From assembly GCA_035221665.1 (NCBI GenBank), contig CM069136.1, forward strand, positions 22,010,001 through 22,074,000: a stretch of 64,000 nucleotides of DNA, given 5' to 3'. Below are positions 11,452-23,379 of the stretch, one piece after another (position 1 is the stretch's first letter; each line of letters begins with the position of its first letter). The notes beneath the pieces were generated by a model that saw only the letters and a program-made list of their open reading frames with translations, ran no database searches and was not told the DNA's origin. The stretch is from Okamejei kenojei. Taxonomy: Eukaryota. Made by a program: the position numbers and the translations under genes.

Positions 11452-11644
11452 CTGCTTCTTCTTTTCATGTCCATCTTGGTACAAATATTGGCCTCACTGT
11501 CATTGTCCGTCCTGAAAAGAACGCAAGCTTCCAGCGACAATCAGTGGAAGCCATCGTCGCAATAGATGATGGTGGTAGCAGAATTAGCTTAGGATACTTC
11601 CAGTTTCCAGCCCCGCGACGTGGACGCTTCAGCTATGGGGTCAC
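11452..11644 (-). mobile_element. ~200-bp ribozyme-headed non-autonomous retroposon, copy A (probably Ingi/Vingi-clade derivative)
   Basis: TSD CAGTTAAGT at 11443-11451 and 11645-11653; AAAAGAAGAAG tail; colinear with 39319-39517. Confidence 0.85.
11576..11642 (-). ncRNA. HDV-like (CPEB3-like) self-cleaving ribozyme fold, copy A
   Basis: GACCCC-A-TAGCTGAA-GCG-TCCACGT-CGC-GGGGCT-GG-AAACTGGAAGTATCCTAAG-CTAA-TTCTGCTA gives P1, P2, P3, L3, P1.1 and J4/2 in HDV order; one mismatch each in P1 and P2. Confidence 0.75.
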
Positions 11645-11889
11645 CAGTTAAGTTTACATAACTTAATCCAACTAATTACGTTGCTCACCAATAAACGTTC
11701 AAGTAAATAGCACAGGTGGTAGAGACCCTTCCTGTTGCAAAACGCTGGATTCTGGAGTTGACTGTATTGTTTGAAGCTCAGCAGTTTATCAGCACTGGCA
11801 CCAAATTCATGTTGTGTGATGGTATGCCCATTCTGCCCATTGTAGATTTGCTTGTGGCTGTACCACATTGACATTGCACATTGCTCATA

Positions 11890-12003
11890 TAGAAACATAT
11901 AAAATTATAAAAGGACTGGCCAAGCTAGATGCAGGAAAAATGTTCCCAATGTTGGGTGAGTCCAGAACCAGGGGCCACAGTCTTAGAATAAAGGGGAGGT
12001 CAT
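11890..12003 (+). mobile_element. CR1 3' fragment, first half (continues at 14641)
   Basis: ...AAAGGGGAGGTCAT joins colinearly to CATTTAAGACTGAGG at 14641. Confidence 0.85.
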
Positions 12004-14640
12004 AGAAACATAGAAAATAGAAAATAGTATTTATGTCCCTTAGGTTGAATCTTTAGGTTAGTTGAAGGGAAATAGTAAAATTGGAAAAAGCCATGGTTTT
12101 CGGGAAATTGAACACTTGTTTCGAAAAAAGAGAGATATCGGAGACCTGCACCGCTTTGGCAAGAAAGGTGAAAGTCCCAAAGGGTTTCTACAGCTATCTT
12201 AATAGATAATGGCCATTAGATCAGCTCTGCATCTGCAGCTAAAAGCCAATTTCTTTTCTCGGTATTCACCAAGTATTGAACTCGGTGACTATGGAAACTA
12301 TCCTGACACTTCCAGGTCCTGATATTCCCTAGGACCAGGAGCTATGACTATTTCAAATGTCATTAGCCACCATTGTTTAAAAAGGGTTCAAAGAATAAAC
12401 CTACAATTATAGACCTATTAGTTTATGTCAGTGGTGGGCAAATTAATGAAAGAATACTTAGAGATAATATATATAAAGCAACTGGATAAACTCTGATCAG
12501 GAATATATTTGCCAAACCTTCTTGAATTTTTTGAAGCTGGGAAAATGATGAGGGTAAAGCCTCAGTAAGGCCTTTGATTCAATGCGGAAGAGAATTTCAA
12601 CAGTGGCTGAATGGGAGATGTCAGATAATGGTGTGGCTGTTTGTCAGGTTGGAAAGCCGTGTGACCAGTGGGTGCCTCAGGATCTGTGTTGATGTAAAAT
12701 GATGAAAATTTAATATGGCAGATGATACTAAGATAGGTGGTGTTGTGGAAAATGAAGTAGATTTTCATCTACAGAGAGATTTGGCCATGGGCCTAAAAGA
12801 CTTCCTCCTATATACTTAAACTGTGACCCCTTGTCCTGGACTTCCCTTCGGAACAATCTTCCTGCATCTAGCCCCCAAACAAGGGCATTAAATTAAGAAG
12901 AGGTTTTGTGGTGGAAGATCGATCTATGAGATCCCCCCTCAATCTTCTGCTGTAAATTCCATTCTGCCCTTCGAGCCCGCACCGCCATTCAATATGATCA
13001 ATCATCCAACACAGCCGAGTCTATCCAGTCTTTCTTCATATGGAAGTCCTGCCATCGCAGGAATCCGTCTGGTGAACCTTCTCTGTACTCCCTCTATGTC
13101 AAGCATGTCTTTCCTCAGATTAGGAGACCAAAACTGTACGCAATACTCCAGGTGTGGCCTTGCCAAGACCCTGTACAACTGCAGTAGAACCTCCCTGCTC
13201 TTGTACTAAAATCCTTTTGCTATGAATACCAACATACCATTCACTTTCTTCACAGCCTGCTGCACCTGCTTGCCTACCTTCAATGACAGGTGTACCATGA
13301 CACCCAGGTCTTGTTGCCTCTCCCCTTTTCCTAATCGGTCACCATTCAAATAATAGTCTACTTTCCTGTTTTTGCCACCAAAGCGGATAACCTCAGATTT
13401 ATCCACATTATACTGCATCTGCCATGGATTTGCCCACTCACGCAGCCTATCCAAGTCACCTTGTAGCCTCCTAGCATCCTCCTCACTGCTAACACTGCCC
13501 AGCTTCGTGTCATCCGCAAACCTCGAGATGTTGCATTTAATTCCCTCGTCCAAATCATTAATATATATTGTAAATAGCTGGGGTCCCAGCACTGAGTCTT
13601 GCAGCACCCCTCTACTCATTGCCTTCCAATCCTGAAAAGGACCCGTTCACTCCTAATCTTTGCTTCCTGTCTGCCAGCCAGTTCTCTATCCACATTAATA
13701 CTGAATCGCCAATACCATGTGCTTCAAGTTTGTATACTAGTCTCTTGTGTGGGACCTTGTCGAAAGCCTTCTGAAAGTCCAGATATAACACATCCACTGG
13801 TTCTCCCTTATCCACTCTACTAGTTACATCCTCGAAAAAATTTATAAGATTCGTCAGACATGATTTACCTTTCGTAAATCCATGCTGACTTTGTCCAATG
13901 ATTTCACTACTTTCCAAATATGCTGCTATCCCATCTTTAGTAACTGACACTAGCAGTTTCCCCACTACAGATGTTAGACTAACTGGTCTGTAATTCCCCA
14001 TTTTCTCTCTCCCTCCCTTTTTAAAAAGTGGGGTTACATTAGCTACCCTCCAATCCTCAGGAACTACTCCAGAATCTAAAGAGTTTTGAAAAATTATCAC
14101 TAAGGCATCCACTATTTCTGGGGCTACTTCCTTAAGTACCCTGGGATGCAGCCTATCTGGCCCTGGGGATTTATTGGCCTTTAATCCATTCAATTTACCT
14201 AACACCACTTTCCGACTAACCTGGATTTCACTCAGTTCCTCCATCTCATTTGACCCATGATCCCCTGCTATTTCCGGCAAATTATTTATGTCTTCCTTAG
14301 TGAAGACAGAACCAAAGTAGTTATTCAATTGCTCTGCCATGTCTTGTTCTCCATGATCAATTCACCTGTTTCTGACTGCAAGGGACCTACATTTGTTTTT
14401 ACTAACCTTTTTCGCTTCACATATCGATATGAGCTTCAGTCAGTTTGTTTGTTTCCTGCAAGTTTTCTTTCATAATCCATTTTCCATTTCCTAATTAAGC
14501 CCTTTGTCCTCCTCTGTTGGATTCTGAATTTATCCCAGTCCTCTGGTAGGCTGCTTTCTCTGGCTAATTTGTACGCTTCATCTTTTGCTTTGATACTATC
14601 CCTGATTTCCCTTGTTATCCACGGATGCACTACCTTCCCT
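12001..14640 (-). mobile_element. CR1 LINE with RT domain, nested in another CR1; includes a disordered 12030-13010 segment
   Basis: ORFs 13612-14340 (NYRPVSLTSVVGK, QHGF, YLDFQKAFDKVPH) and 13206-13619 (SVLGPQLF, FADDTKL); CATAGAAA tail at 12001. Confidence 0.9.
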
Positions 14641-14910
14641 CATTTAAGACTGAGGTGAGAAAAAACGTTTTTACCCAGAGAGTTGTGAATTTATGGAATT
14701 CCCTGCCACAGAGGGCAGTGGAGGCCAAATCACTGGATGGATTTAAGAGAGAGTTGGATAGAGCTCTAGGGGCTAATGGAATCAAGGGATATGGGGAGAA
14801 GGCAGGCACGGATTATTGATAGCGGACGATCAGCCATGATCACAATGAATGGCGGTGCTGGCTCGAAGGGCCGAATGGCCTCCTCCTGCACCTATATCTA
14901 TGTTTCTAGA
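14641..14910 (+). mobile_element. CR1 3' fragment, second half
   Basis: FKTEVRKNVFTQRVVNLWNSLP and tail. Confidence 0.9.
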
Positions 14911-15214
14911 ACATTTGCAGTAAATCAGCATTGATGACATCCAAGCTGCAGGTGAAACTGCATTTGTGCAGCCAAAGCGCACACTGATGCAGCATGAAAA
15001 ATCTTTCACCCACAAAAAATCAAATGAATGCAGGAAAATCATGCTTGAACCAATTATGAGACTGGTATTCCCAGAATCCACTATTTAAAAAAAAAAAATT
15101 CAAAATGAAATTGAAGCTGATAGCTTGCCTAATAAATAAGTGTTTCTACTTTCCAAGCTGAGCAGATTAACCAAGGCCGGCCGGTGGTCACGAATGCACT
15201 TGATTTGTTTCTTA

Positions 15215-15500
15215 TGTTGATGTCAAAATGTGGTGATGCATTTATTACCCATTCCCAGTTGCCCTGAGAATGTGATGGCAAGCTTTCTCCTTGAACCACT
15301 ACAGTTGTTAATGATTCTGTTCTGCATCATTTTTTTTTCCAGAAGAGTGGGCCACTTCAGAGTGCAGTAAAAGTCAAGTAAATTTGGGGAATTGAGTCAT
15401 CCGCAGTGTCGGCTGAATAGGCCGGCTTACCCTTCAACAGACTTACCCTGAAGGACAAGAGATTGTCACTTGAAGTTTTAAGGCAACCAAGAGTGATTTA
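15215..15500 (-). mobile_element. Ancient SINE/LINE-tail remnant (SacSINE1/DeuSINE-like)
   Basis: GCATTTATTACCCATTCCCAGTTGCCCTGAGAA resembles the shark repeat terminus also seen at 38680; family name recalled only. Confidence 0.35.
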
Positions 15501-15670
15501 TTTCCATGATTCTCACCCATCAGTTATAAAATATGTTTCATTTAATTTCACATTACACTATCAGATCACTTAACCTTTGGAATGCTGCTGTGCGGCTACA
15601 TTGTCAAGAATGAGGAACATGATGCCTGCAACTGAATGCTGGAATACTTGATTCAGCTATTGACCAAGTG

Positions 15671-15870
15671 AAGCCCCTGTCCCACTTGGCGACTTTTTTT
15701 GCTGAAAAATAGGCTGTCGCCTCATGGTCGCGGCGTAACGCGGGCTGACGCCTCCTGAGTTGTCATGAGCTGTCTCCGCACGTGTCGTCACTTTTTTCTT
15801 GTCGCCGCTGGATTTTGAAATGTTCAAAACCTTGCAGCGACATCGGGCTTCATCAATGTAGCGTGTGGAA
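15671..15870. mobile_element. Harbinger-type MITE, truncated
   Basis: One TIR (CCCCTGTCCCACTTGGCGA) and internal GGATTTTGAAATGTTCAAAA shared with 4047-4304. Confidence 0.75.
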
Positions 15871-15904
15871 GAGACTACTCCAGGATGTTCTCCGCAGAGC
15901 TTGG

Positions 15905-16265
15905 ACAACCTTAGATTATTTTCTCTGGAGCATTCTAGGGTGAGGGGAGACCTGATAGGTGCCTAAAGAATTGTGAGAAGCATAGATAGCGTAGACAGAC
16001 AAAACCTGTCCAACACTAGAAGGCATAGATTGAAGGTTTGAAGGGGGGAGGTTGAAAGGAGATGAGTGGGCCAAGTTTTTTACACAGGGAGTGGTAGGTG
16101 CCTTGTGATATCAGATGGGACAGTGGGATTTGAGGGTTTAAGATGCGGACATGGATATGGATCACATATAGGCAGAAGGGTTTAATTTAATTTGGCATTT
16201 GTATAACATGGACATGGTGAGCCAAAGGGTTTGTTCTGTGCTGTACTGTTCTATGTTCTATGTGA
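15905..16265 (+). mobile_element. Older CR1 subfamily 3' end
   Basis: GAGGGGAGACCTGATAG...TGTGCTGTACTGTTCTATGTTCTATG tail. Confidence 0.75.
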
Positions 16266-16423
16266 TGTGTGACTTGCCTGTGGCCATGGCCAGGTCAATG
16301 AATGTCACCGGGATAACAGCCATGACTTCTCCTTAACGACACAGTCTCCCGTGTAGGATATTTTGCAGCAACCACAGATCATCAAAAAGGTCAAGTAACA
16401 TCTGTGCAATACCTGCCTCAGCA

Positions 16424-18222
16424 AATGAATGAATGAATGAATTAATGAATATGTTTATTGGCCAAGTAGTCACATACAAGGAATTTGCCTTGGTGCTCCA
16501 CCCGCAAGTGACAACATGACATACAGTGACAGTTAGGAATGATACATAAAATATTAAACATTATTAATAAAACATTATTGATTAAACATGTGAATTAAAT
16601 AAAATACCAGAGTAAAAGGAAGCTACAGACTTTTGGTTATTGAGTAGAGCTACTAATCGTGGATAAAAAGCTGTTTTTATGTCTGGCTGTGGCAGCTTTG
16701 ACAGTCCGGAGTCGCCTTCCAGAGGGAAGTGACTCAAAGAGTTTGTGGCCAGGGTCAGAGGGGTCAGAGATGATCTTACCCGCTCGCTTCTTGGCCCTTG
16801 CAGTGTACAGTTCGGCAATGGAGGGAAGGTTGCAGCCAATAACCTTCTCAGCTGATCGGACGATTTGCTGCAGCCTCCGGGTGTCGTGCTTTGTTGCTGA
16901 GACAAACCAGACCATGATGGAGAAAGTGAGGACAGACTCTACGATGGCCGTGTAGAATTGGACCATCATTGCCTGTGGCAGATTGTGCTTCCTCAGTTGC
17001 CACAGGAAGTACATCCTATGTAGTCCCTTTTTAACTGTGGAGTCGATGGTATCCCCCCCACTTAAGGTCCTTGAAGATGATGGTTCCCAGGAACTTAAAA
17101 TACTCCACAGATGTGGCTGTGGTGTTGTAGATGATGAGTGGGGTGAGGGGAGGAGGAGCTCTCCTAAAGTCTACAATCAATTCCACTGCCTTAAGAGCAT
17201 TGTGTTGCGATGGTACCAGGACACCAGCTATGACACTTCCTGTCTGTAGGCAGATTCCTCCCAATGGATCAGTCCAATCAGGGTTGTGCCGTCCGCAAAC
17301 TTGAGAAGCTTGACAAGGAGTCAGTGGAGGTGCAGTCATTGGTGTAGAGAGAGTAGAGGAGAGGGGATGGTAGGTAGCCTTGTTGAGGAGCATAATCCTT
17401 GCCTTTTTGGGTAAATGGACAAAAATTTACCATTTTTGGAAGCAGGCAGGGACAGTACAGGTTTGCAGGGACTGGTTGAAAATGTCTGTGTAGACTGGTG
17501 CCAGTTGTTTGGCACAGAGCTTGAGAGTACTTTCAGAGCAAAAGGATTTGAGTATAGGAGCAGGGAGGTTCTACTTCAGTTGTATAGGGTCTTGGTGAGA
17601 CCACACCCGGAGTATTGCGAACAGTTCTGGTCTCCAAATCTGAGGAAGGACATTATTGCCATAGAGGGAGTGCAGAGAAGGTTCACCAGACTGATTCCTG
17701 GGATGTCAGGACTGTCTTATGAAGAAAGACTGGATAGACTCGGTTTATACTCTCTGGAATATAGGAGATTGAGAGGGATCTTATAGAAACTTACAAAATT
17801 CTTAAGGGGTTGGACAGGCTAGATGCAGGAAGATTGTTCCCGATGTTGGGGAAGTCCAGGACAAGGGGTCACAGCTTAAGGATAAGGGGGAAATCCTTTA
17901 AGACCGAGATGAGAAAGACTTTTTTTCACACAGAGAGTGGTGAGTCTCTGGAACGCTCTGCCGCAGAGGGTAGTTGAGGCCAGTTCATTGGCTATATTTA
18001 AGAGGGGGTTAAATGTGGCCCTTGTGGCTAAGAGGATCAGGGGGTATGGAGAGATGGCAAGTACGGGATACTGAGTTGGATGATCAGCCATGATCAAATT
18101 GAATGGCGGTGCAGGCTCGAAGGGCCGAATGGCCTACTCCTGCACCTAATTTCTGTGTTTCTATGTTTCTAGTAGAGGGGGAATCATTGTCCGGTCCTGG
18201 AGATTACCGGCTTTTCTCCCAG
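16424..18222 (-). mobile_element. Rex1/Babar LINE (RT remnant plus C-terminal domain), internally deleted, with CR1 inserted at 17530-18170
   Basis: ORF 16637-17014 (FYTAIVESVLTFSIMVWF, GHKLFESLPSGRR); LAPVYTDIFNQSL-type RT segment at 17437-17529; (ATTC)n tail; AGTA repeated at 17526 and 18171. Confidence 0.88.
17530..18170 (+). mobile_element. CR1 LINE 3' portion nested in Rex1
   Basis: AKGFEYRSREVLLQLYRVLVRPH and TTTCTATG tail. Confidence 0.93.
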
Positions 18223-18527
18223 CTCAGACACAGACGGGGAATGGATGTACTATGAGAGCCATGGTATAACTGAGCAGAGAAGAAGGGATCTTAAGCCATA
18301 CTTTTCATGCTTGCATCACTTACAGAAAGCCTAAAAAGTCAGCATATGGTGTTCCCCAAAAATTATAACTAATTGTATTTTAAGCAACCTGGAAATTATG
18401 TGGGCTTGCTCATTGATGACTGCAGGTGTTAATTTATGAAAAAAAAAGCCATAAAATATTGGAACAACTCAGTGGGTCAGGCTGCATCTCTGGAGAACAC
18501 GGATAGGAACATTCCGGGTTAAGACTT

Positions 18528-19205
18528 AGTGTATAAAATTGTGAGAGATGGGAAGATTCAAACAAGAGGACATGATTTGAGAATTAAGGGACAAAAGTTT
18601 AGGGGTAACATGAGGGGGAACTTCTTTGCTCAGAGAGTGGTAGCTGTGTGGAATGAGCTTCCAGTGGAAGAGGTGGAGGCAGGTTCGACTTTATCATTTA
18701 AAAATAAATTGGATAGGTATATGGACGGGAAAATAATGGAGGGTTATGGTCTGAGTGCAGGTAGATGGGACTAGGTGAGAGTAAGTGTTCGGCACGGACT
18801 AGAAGGGCCGAGATGGCCTGTTTCCATGCTGTAATTGTTATATATGGTTATATGGTTATAGATCGGGTGGTTGCACAGAGTCTCTTGCCCAGAGTAGGTG
18901 AATTGAGGACCAGAGACATAGGTTTAAGGTGAAGGGGAAACGATTTAATAGACCTCTGAGGGGTAACATTTTCATACAAAGAGTGGTGGGTGTTTGGAAC
19001 AAGCTGCAAGAGGAGATAATTGAGCCTGGGACTATCCTGACATTTCAGAAACAGTTAAACAGGTACATGGATAGGACAGGTTTGGAGGGATATGGACCAA
19101 ATGCGGGCAGGCGGGGCTTGTGTAGCTGGGACATGTTGGCCAGTGTGGGCAAGTTGGGCAGAAGGGCCTGTTTTCATGCTGTATCATTCTATGACTCTAT
19201 GACTC
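18528..19205 (+). mobile_element. Two adjacent CR1 3' ends of different subfamilies
   Basis: ORFs 18529-18774 and 18929-19354 (FFAQRVVAVWNELP; FIQRVVGVWNKL); tails (TATATGGT)n and (CTATGACT)n. Confidence 0.88.
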
Positions 19206-19369
19206 TACTTCAAACCCACATAGTTGAGCAAGGGGAAGAGGAGGTGGAAAAGGATGAGGAAGGAAAAAAGGAATGCACAGAAACCTTTTCGGGCTGGACA
19301 TTCAGGGTCAGGACCAATGGCATTCTGCTTTCAAAGAAGAGAAGGCTGAAATGAATCAACACTTATCAG

Positions 19370-19700
19370 AGAATGAAGCAGTTTGTGCCTGCATGCAGCA
19401 AGACCAGATGACAATTACACTTAGACTACAAAGTAGCATGGTTGAAGAATGCATGTGGCCAAACAATGATCACCTGCAACGTGAGAAAGTCCAAAGTTAT
19501 TCCCTTGAAACATAACGATATAATAATCGCTGAAACCCTCCCCATCACCATTCTAGGAGTCACTATTGACCAGAACATGAACCAGTCACGGTATTCCTCT
19601 GGCTATGAGCAGGTGAGGGATTAGGCATTCTTCAGCAGTGACATAACCTTTGACTCCCCAAATACTTCCTGCCTTCTACAACAAATAAGTCATTGCTATC
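19370..19700 (+). mobile_element. Old non-LTR retrotransposon RT remnant (CR1/L2 superclade)
   Basis: ITILGVTIDQNMN motif in ORF 19442-19624. Confidence 0.55.
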
Positions 19701-20299
19701 TGTCAGATAGCTCAAGTTTGTGCTGCAGTAGTAGCGGACATGATTCCAATTGCTAATAACTCACTGGAAATCTAGTGCTGAGTAACAGATGTTGCACAAT
19801 GCCTGGGGCTGCAAATACTAACCTGAAGATAGCCATAACTTCAATCTGGAAATGACTTGACTCCACGCTTCACATGTTTCCATGTGTGAAGTTACAGCTG
19901 GACTCCTGCAGACTTCTTGACATTTCACACAGCTCTCAAGCAGCCCTGCCAATGCAGCAACCATCTCACCATGCATGCCCATCAGCCTAACCTATCCCAC
20001 CAAAGTCCTCTTCATAGTTGTTCAGAGCAGAACCTGGGTGTGCGTGTGTGTGATCGTGCTTTTTAGACAGCTGTAATGTGGCCTAGCTCTGGCTGAAGCC
20101 CACATTCACCTGAGAGCTTATTGTTTACAGGTTCCACCTCTGAACTGCCTTCAATGAGACACAGAATATTCAGAGTCACTTAGCAGCTGTGAGGTTACAT
20201 GGCAAGACATCATCAACAACGTTTTGCTCAGGTACTTCCACCTGAATGAAAATACATGGCTAAAGTATGTTTCTATGTTTCTATGTTTCTAAGTGACTG

Positions 20300-20622
20300 T
20301 GTTCAGTTCAGCTCAGTTTAGTTTATTGTCATGTGTATCGAGGTACAGTGTAAATCTTTTGTTGCATGCTAACCAGTCAGCGGAAAGACTATACATGATT
20401 ACAATCGAGCCATTTACTGTGTGTAGATACATGCTAAGGGAATAACGTTTAGTGTAAGGTAAAGCCAGCAAAGTCTGATCAAAGATAATCCAGGGGTCAC
20501 CAATGAGGTAGATAGTAGTTCAGCACTGCTCTCTAATTCTGGTAGGATGGTTCAGTTGCCTGATAACAACTGGGAAGAAACTATCTCTGAATCTGGAGGT
20601 GTGCATCGTCACACTTCTACAC
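20300..20622 (-). mobile_element. Rex1-type 3' end; related pieces at 24612-24710 (-) and 26940-27175 (+)
   Basis: TTTATTGTCATGTGTATCGAGGTACAGTG terminus with (TTCAG/TTTAG)n tail. Confidence 0.75.
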
Positions 20623-21395
20623 CATATGTGTACTTATACAATCTATAGCTTGGAAGTCGAAAGAGACTGTGGGAAATGGGGAAAGTGGAATGTGACAAGG
20701 ATGATTATGACCATCCAGAGATCTTCAACGTTCCCCAAGCTGCAGCTGCTCACCCTTGGGCTTCTCAGTCCAATACTGGCTAACAATTTGTCCATTTGGA
20801 GGTAGGGTGGTGAATGTGAGTTGACAGATTCATGCTGGTCATTCATCAGCTGCTGCTGATGGTGATGTTGCTGCCTTCCAAGAAGAGAAGGGGGGAGCAA
20901 GTTAGTGAATGTCTTACTATGTATCTACGGAGGGGCTGCGAAGAAGGCTTGGGTGCTGGTAAACATGTGAGCTTGAGGTAGGGTAGCTAAATTACATATT
21001 GAAGGCTGAAGCATCAGAGAGGGGAGTAGGTGCATGATAATCAGCCACTTAATAGATTATCTTTGGATGACTGCCTTTTCATAGTCGTGTTATGCATATG
21101 GCTCCTTGAATATAGGTGTTTATGATTGATCTGAAAGCTGCCTAAGCTGTTTAAGGGCCTGATTGACAAATTATTATTTTTTATTTTTATATGTTAGTTG
21201 TATAAAATGTTATTTTATTTTTATTTGTAATATTAGAAATTCCAAAAAATTGAAAATCTAATTTTTAACATTTTAGAGGTGTGTGTATATATATATATGC
21301 TGTGCCGGCATACACCATCGCAGAATAAACCACAGCGTGGGGTGCAGTTATCAGGAGATGGGATTAGATCTTGAGTCCACACACCTCATTAACTT

Positions 21396-21523
21396 TGTAG
21401 GAAGGAACTGCAGATGCTGGGTTAAATCAAAGGTAGACACAAAATGCTGGAGTAACTCAGCAGGCAGGCAGCATCTCGGGATAGAAGGTGATGTTTTGGG
21501 TCGAGACCCTTCGTCAGACTCAT
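21396..21523 (-). mobile_element. Penelope pLTR-derived short repeat
   Basis: Minus strand CTGACGA-AGGGTCTCGACCC-AAAAC then AGATGCTGCCTGCCTGCTGAGTTACTCCAGC. Confidence 0.8.
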
Positions 21524-21677
21524 AACTTTACCGTGTTTTGCATCATTTCTGACTTTGGTTACTGCATCATCACACTGCTCATTTAGGCCCAGAGCATTTT
21601 CAAGCCCCTATAATGAATGAAAGTGACCTGACCAACTCATCTTCAGCTCCAGAGCTTTTGCTGAGAATATGGATGCT

Positions 21678-21994
21678 TGGGCCTGTCCCACTTAGGTGAT
21701 TTTTTAGGCAACTGCAGGCGACTAGTTTGTCGCCACATATTCGCTGGTGGTCGCCGGGAGTAGTCTCCTCAGTCGTGCAAAGCGTTGTAGTGTCTTTCTG
21801 ATCGCCGCTAAATTTTCAACATGTTGAAAATTTTTGTTGACTGTGTATTTGACGTCAATGAGCGTAGCTTGACGTAGATGCTGTCGTAGTTTGTCACCAG
21901 GATGACGTAGGTTGTCGCCGGTTTTTCGGCGACCAGCTATGACTATGACAGTCGCCGGCAGTTGCCTAAACAATCGCCAAGTGGGACAGGCCCA
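21678..21994. mobile_element. Harbinger-type MITE
   Basis: TIRs TGGGCCTGTCCCACTT / AAGTGGGACAGGCCCA followed by TTA. Confidence 0.85.
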
Positions 21995-22120
21995 TTACTT
22001 TCACACAGGATTAATCAGGAGGCTTCTGACAAAACATTGTAAACATGACGAGTGATGTAAACATGACGAGTATCTGATGCAAACAATGTGCATCTTTCCA
22101 AGGTTCTTATCTGGATTAAA

Positions 22121-22277
22121 AATAGACACAAAATATTGGAGTAACTTAGCAGGAAAGGGAGCATCTCTGGAGAGAAGGGATGAGGACTTTGGGTCGAGAC
22201 CCTTCTTCAGAGTCTGAGGAAGGGTCTCGACACAAAATGTCACCCAGAGACAATCCTCTCCAGAGATGCTGTCTGTC
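22121..22277. mobile_element. Head-to-head pair of Penelope pLTR-derived repeats
   Basis: GGGTCGAGACCCTTCTTCAG-AGT-CTGAGGAAGGGTCTCGAC near-palindromic junction. Confidence 0.8.
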
Positions 22278-22280
22278 TTT

Positions 22281-22587
22281 GTTTTTAGTTTAGAGTTTAG
22301 TTTAGAGATACAGCGTGGAAACAGGCCCAGCTGCCCACCCGAGTCTGTGCTGACCAGCGATCCCTGTACACTAACATTTTCCTAGGGACAATTTCACATT
22401 ATACCAAGACAATTATCCTACAAACCTGTCCGTCCTTGGAGTGTGGGGGAAACCAACGATCTCAGAGAAAGCCCTTGCAGTCACAGGGAGAACGTACAAA
22501 CTCTGTAGTGACAGCACCCGTCGTCAGGATCACACCCAGACCTCTGGCACTGTAAGGCAACAACTCTGCCACTGCACCACCGTGGCA
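22281..22587 (-). mobile_element. V-SINE (HE1-like)
   Basis: (TTTAG)n tail and body homologous to the other copies. Confidence 0.85.
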
Positions 22588-23379
22588 CTGTGTTGCACCA
22601 GCACTTTGTGTCTATTTCCGGTGTAAACCAGCATCTGCAGCTCTTTCTTACGCATTTCGTTTGCAGTTCTTTCCTACACATTCTTATCAGGATTAGCCAT
22701 GTTCAAATGGTGCTGGTCACTGTTGATCATGGATGCTGACAGGATGTGTTGATGTTCACTGATAACTCAGTGTTGCAATCATGCACCTGATGTCAGGCAT
22801 GACTTACCTCTGCTTCCCAAATACAATTTACAATTTGGGCACACTTGGATTGTGGCATATAGTGGAGCTGACGGTGTACCTCCTCGTATTTTTATTGGGT
22901 CAGCTCAGACATATATATGTGATAATGCCAGACATCATTCACTGCCCAAGTCCATTTGCATGACCTTTTTTTATTACAGTAATCAGGAGACCAAAACATT
23001 CAGTCTTTTTAACAATATTTCAGGAAATGAAAAATGATAGCTTTAGTTTAGTTTAATATATCCATTCACAGGGCATATACATCACTAGAAATGCTACATT
23101 TTTTATTATCTGATTTAATTGTCCTGAACTGAAGGATCAGTTAAGAGTTGAAATGACGCATTGGTCTGATGAGGTAAAGATGCCCTCTCTGGAGGGCATT
23201 AGTTCACCACATGGGTTTTAATGACAATCATGTAACTTTATATTCAACATTATTAATTTATCTGGAGATGAGAAAGGTTTTCAATGAATGTTTTTCTCCA
23301 TTTGTAACATGGAGCAAGACATAAAGACGAGAAGGTTTGGAACAGTTAATGGAGATGCCTTGAGGATAGTTGAGGAGGG

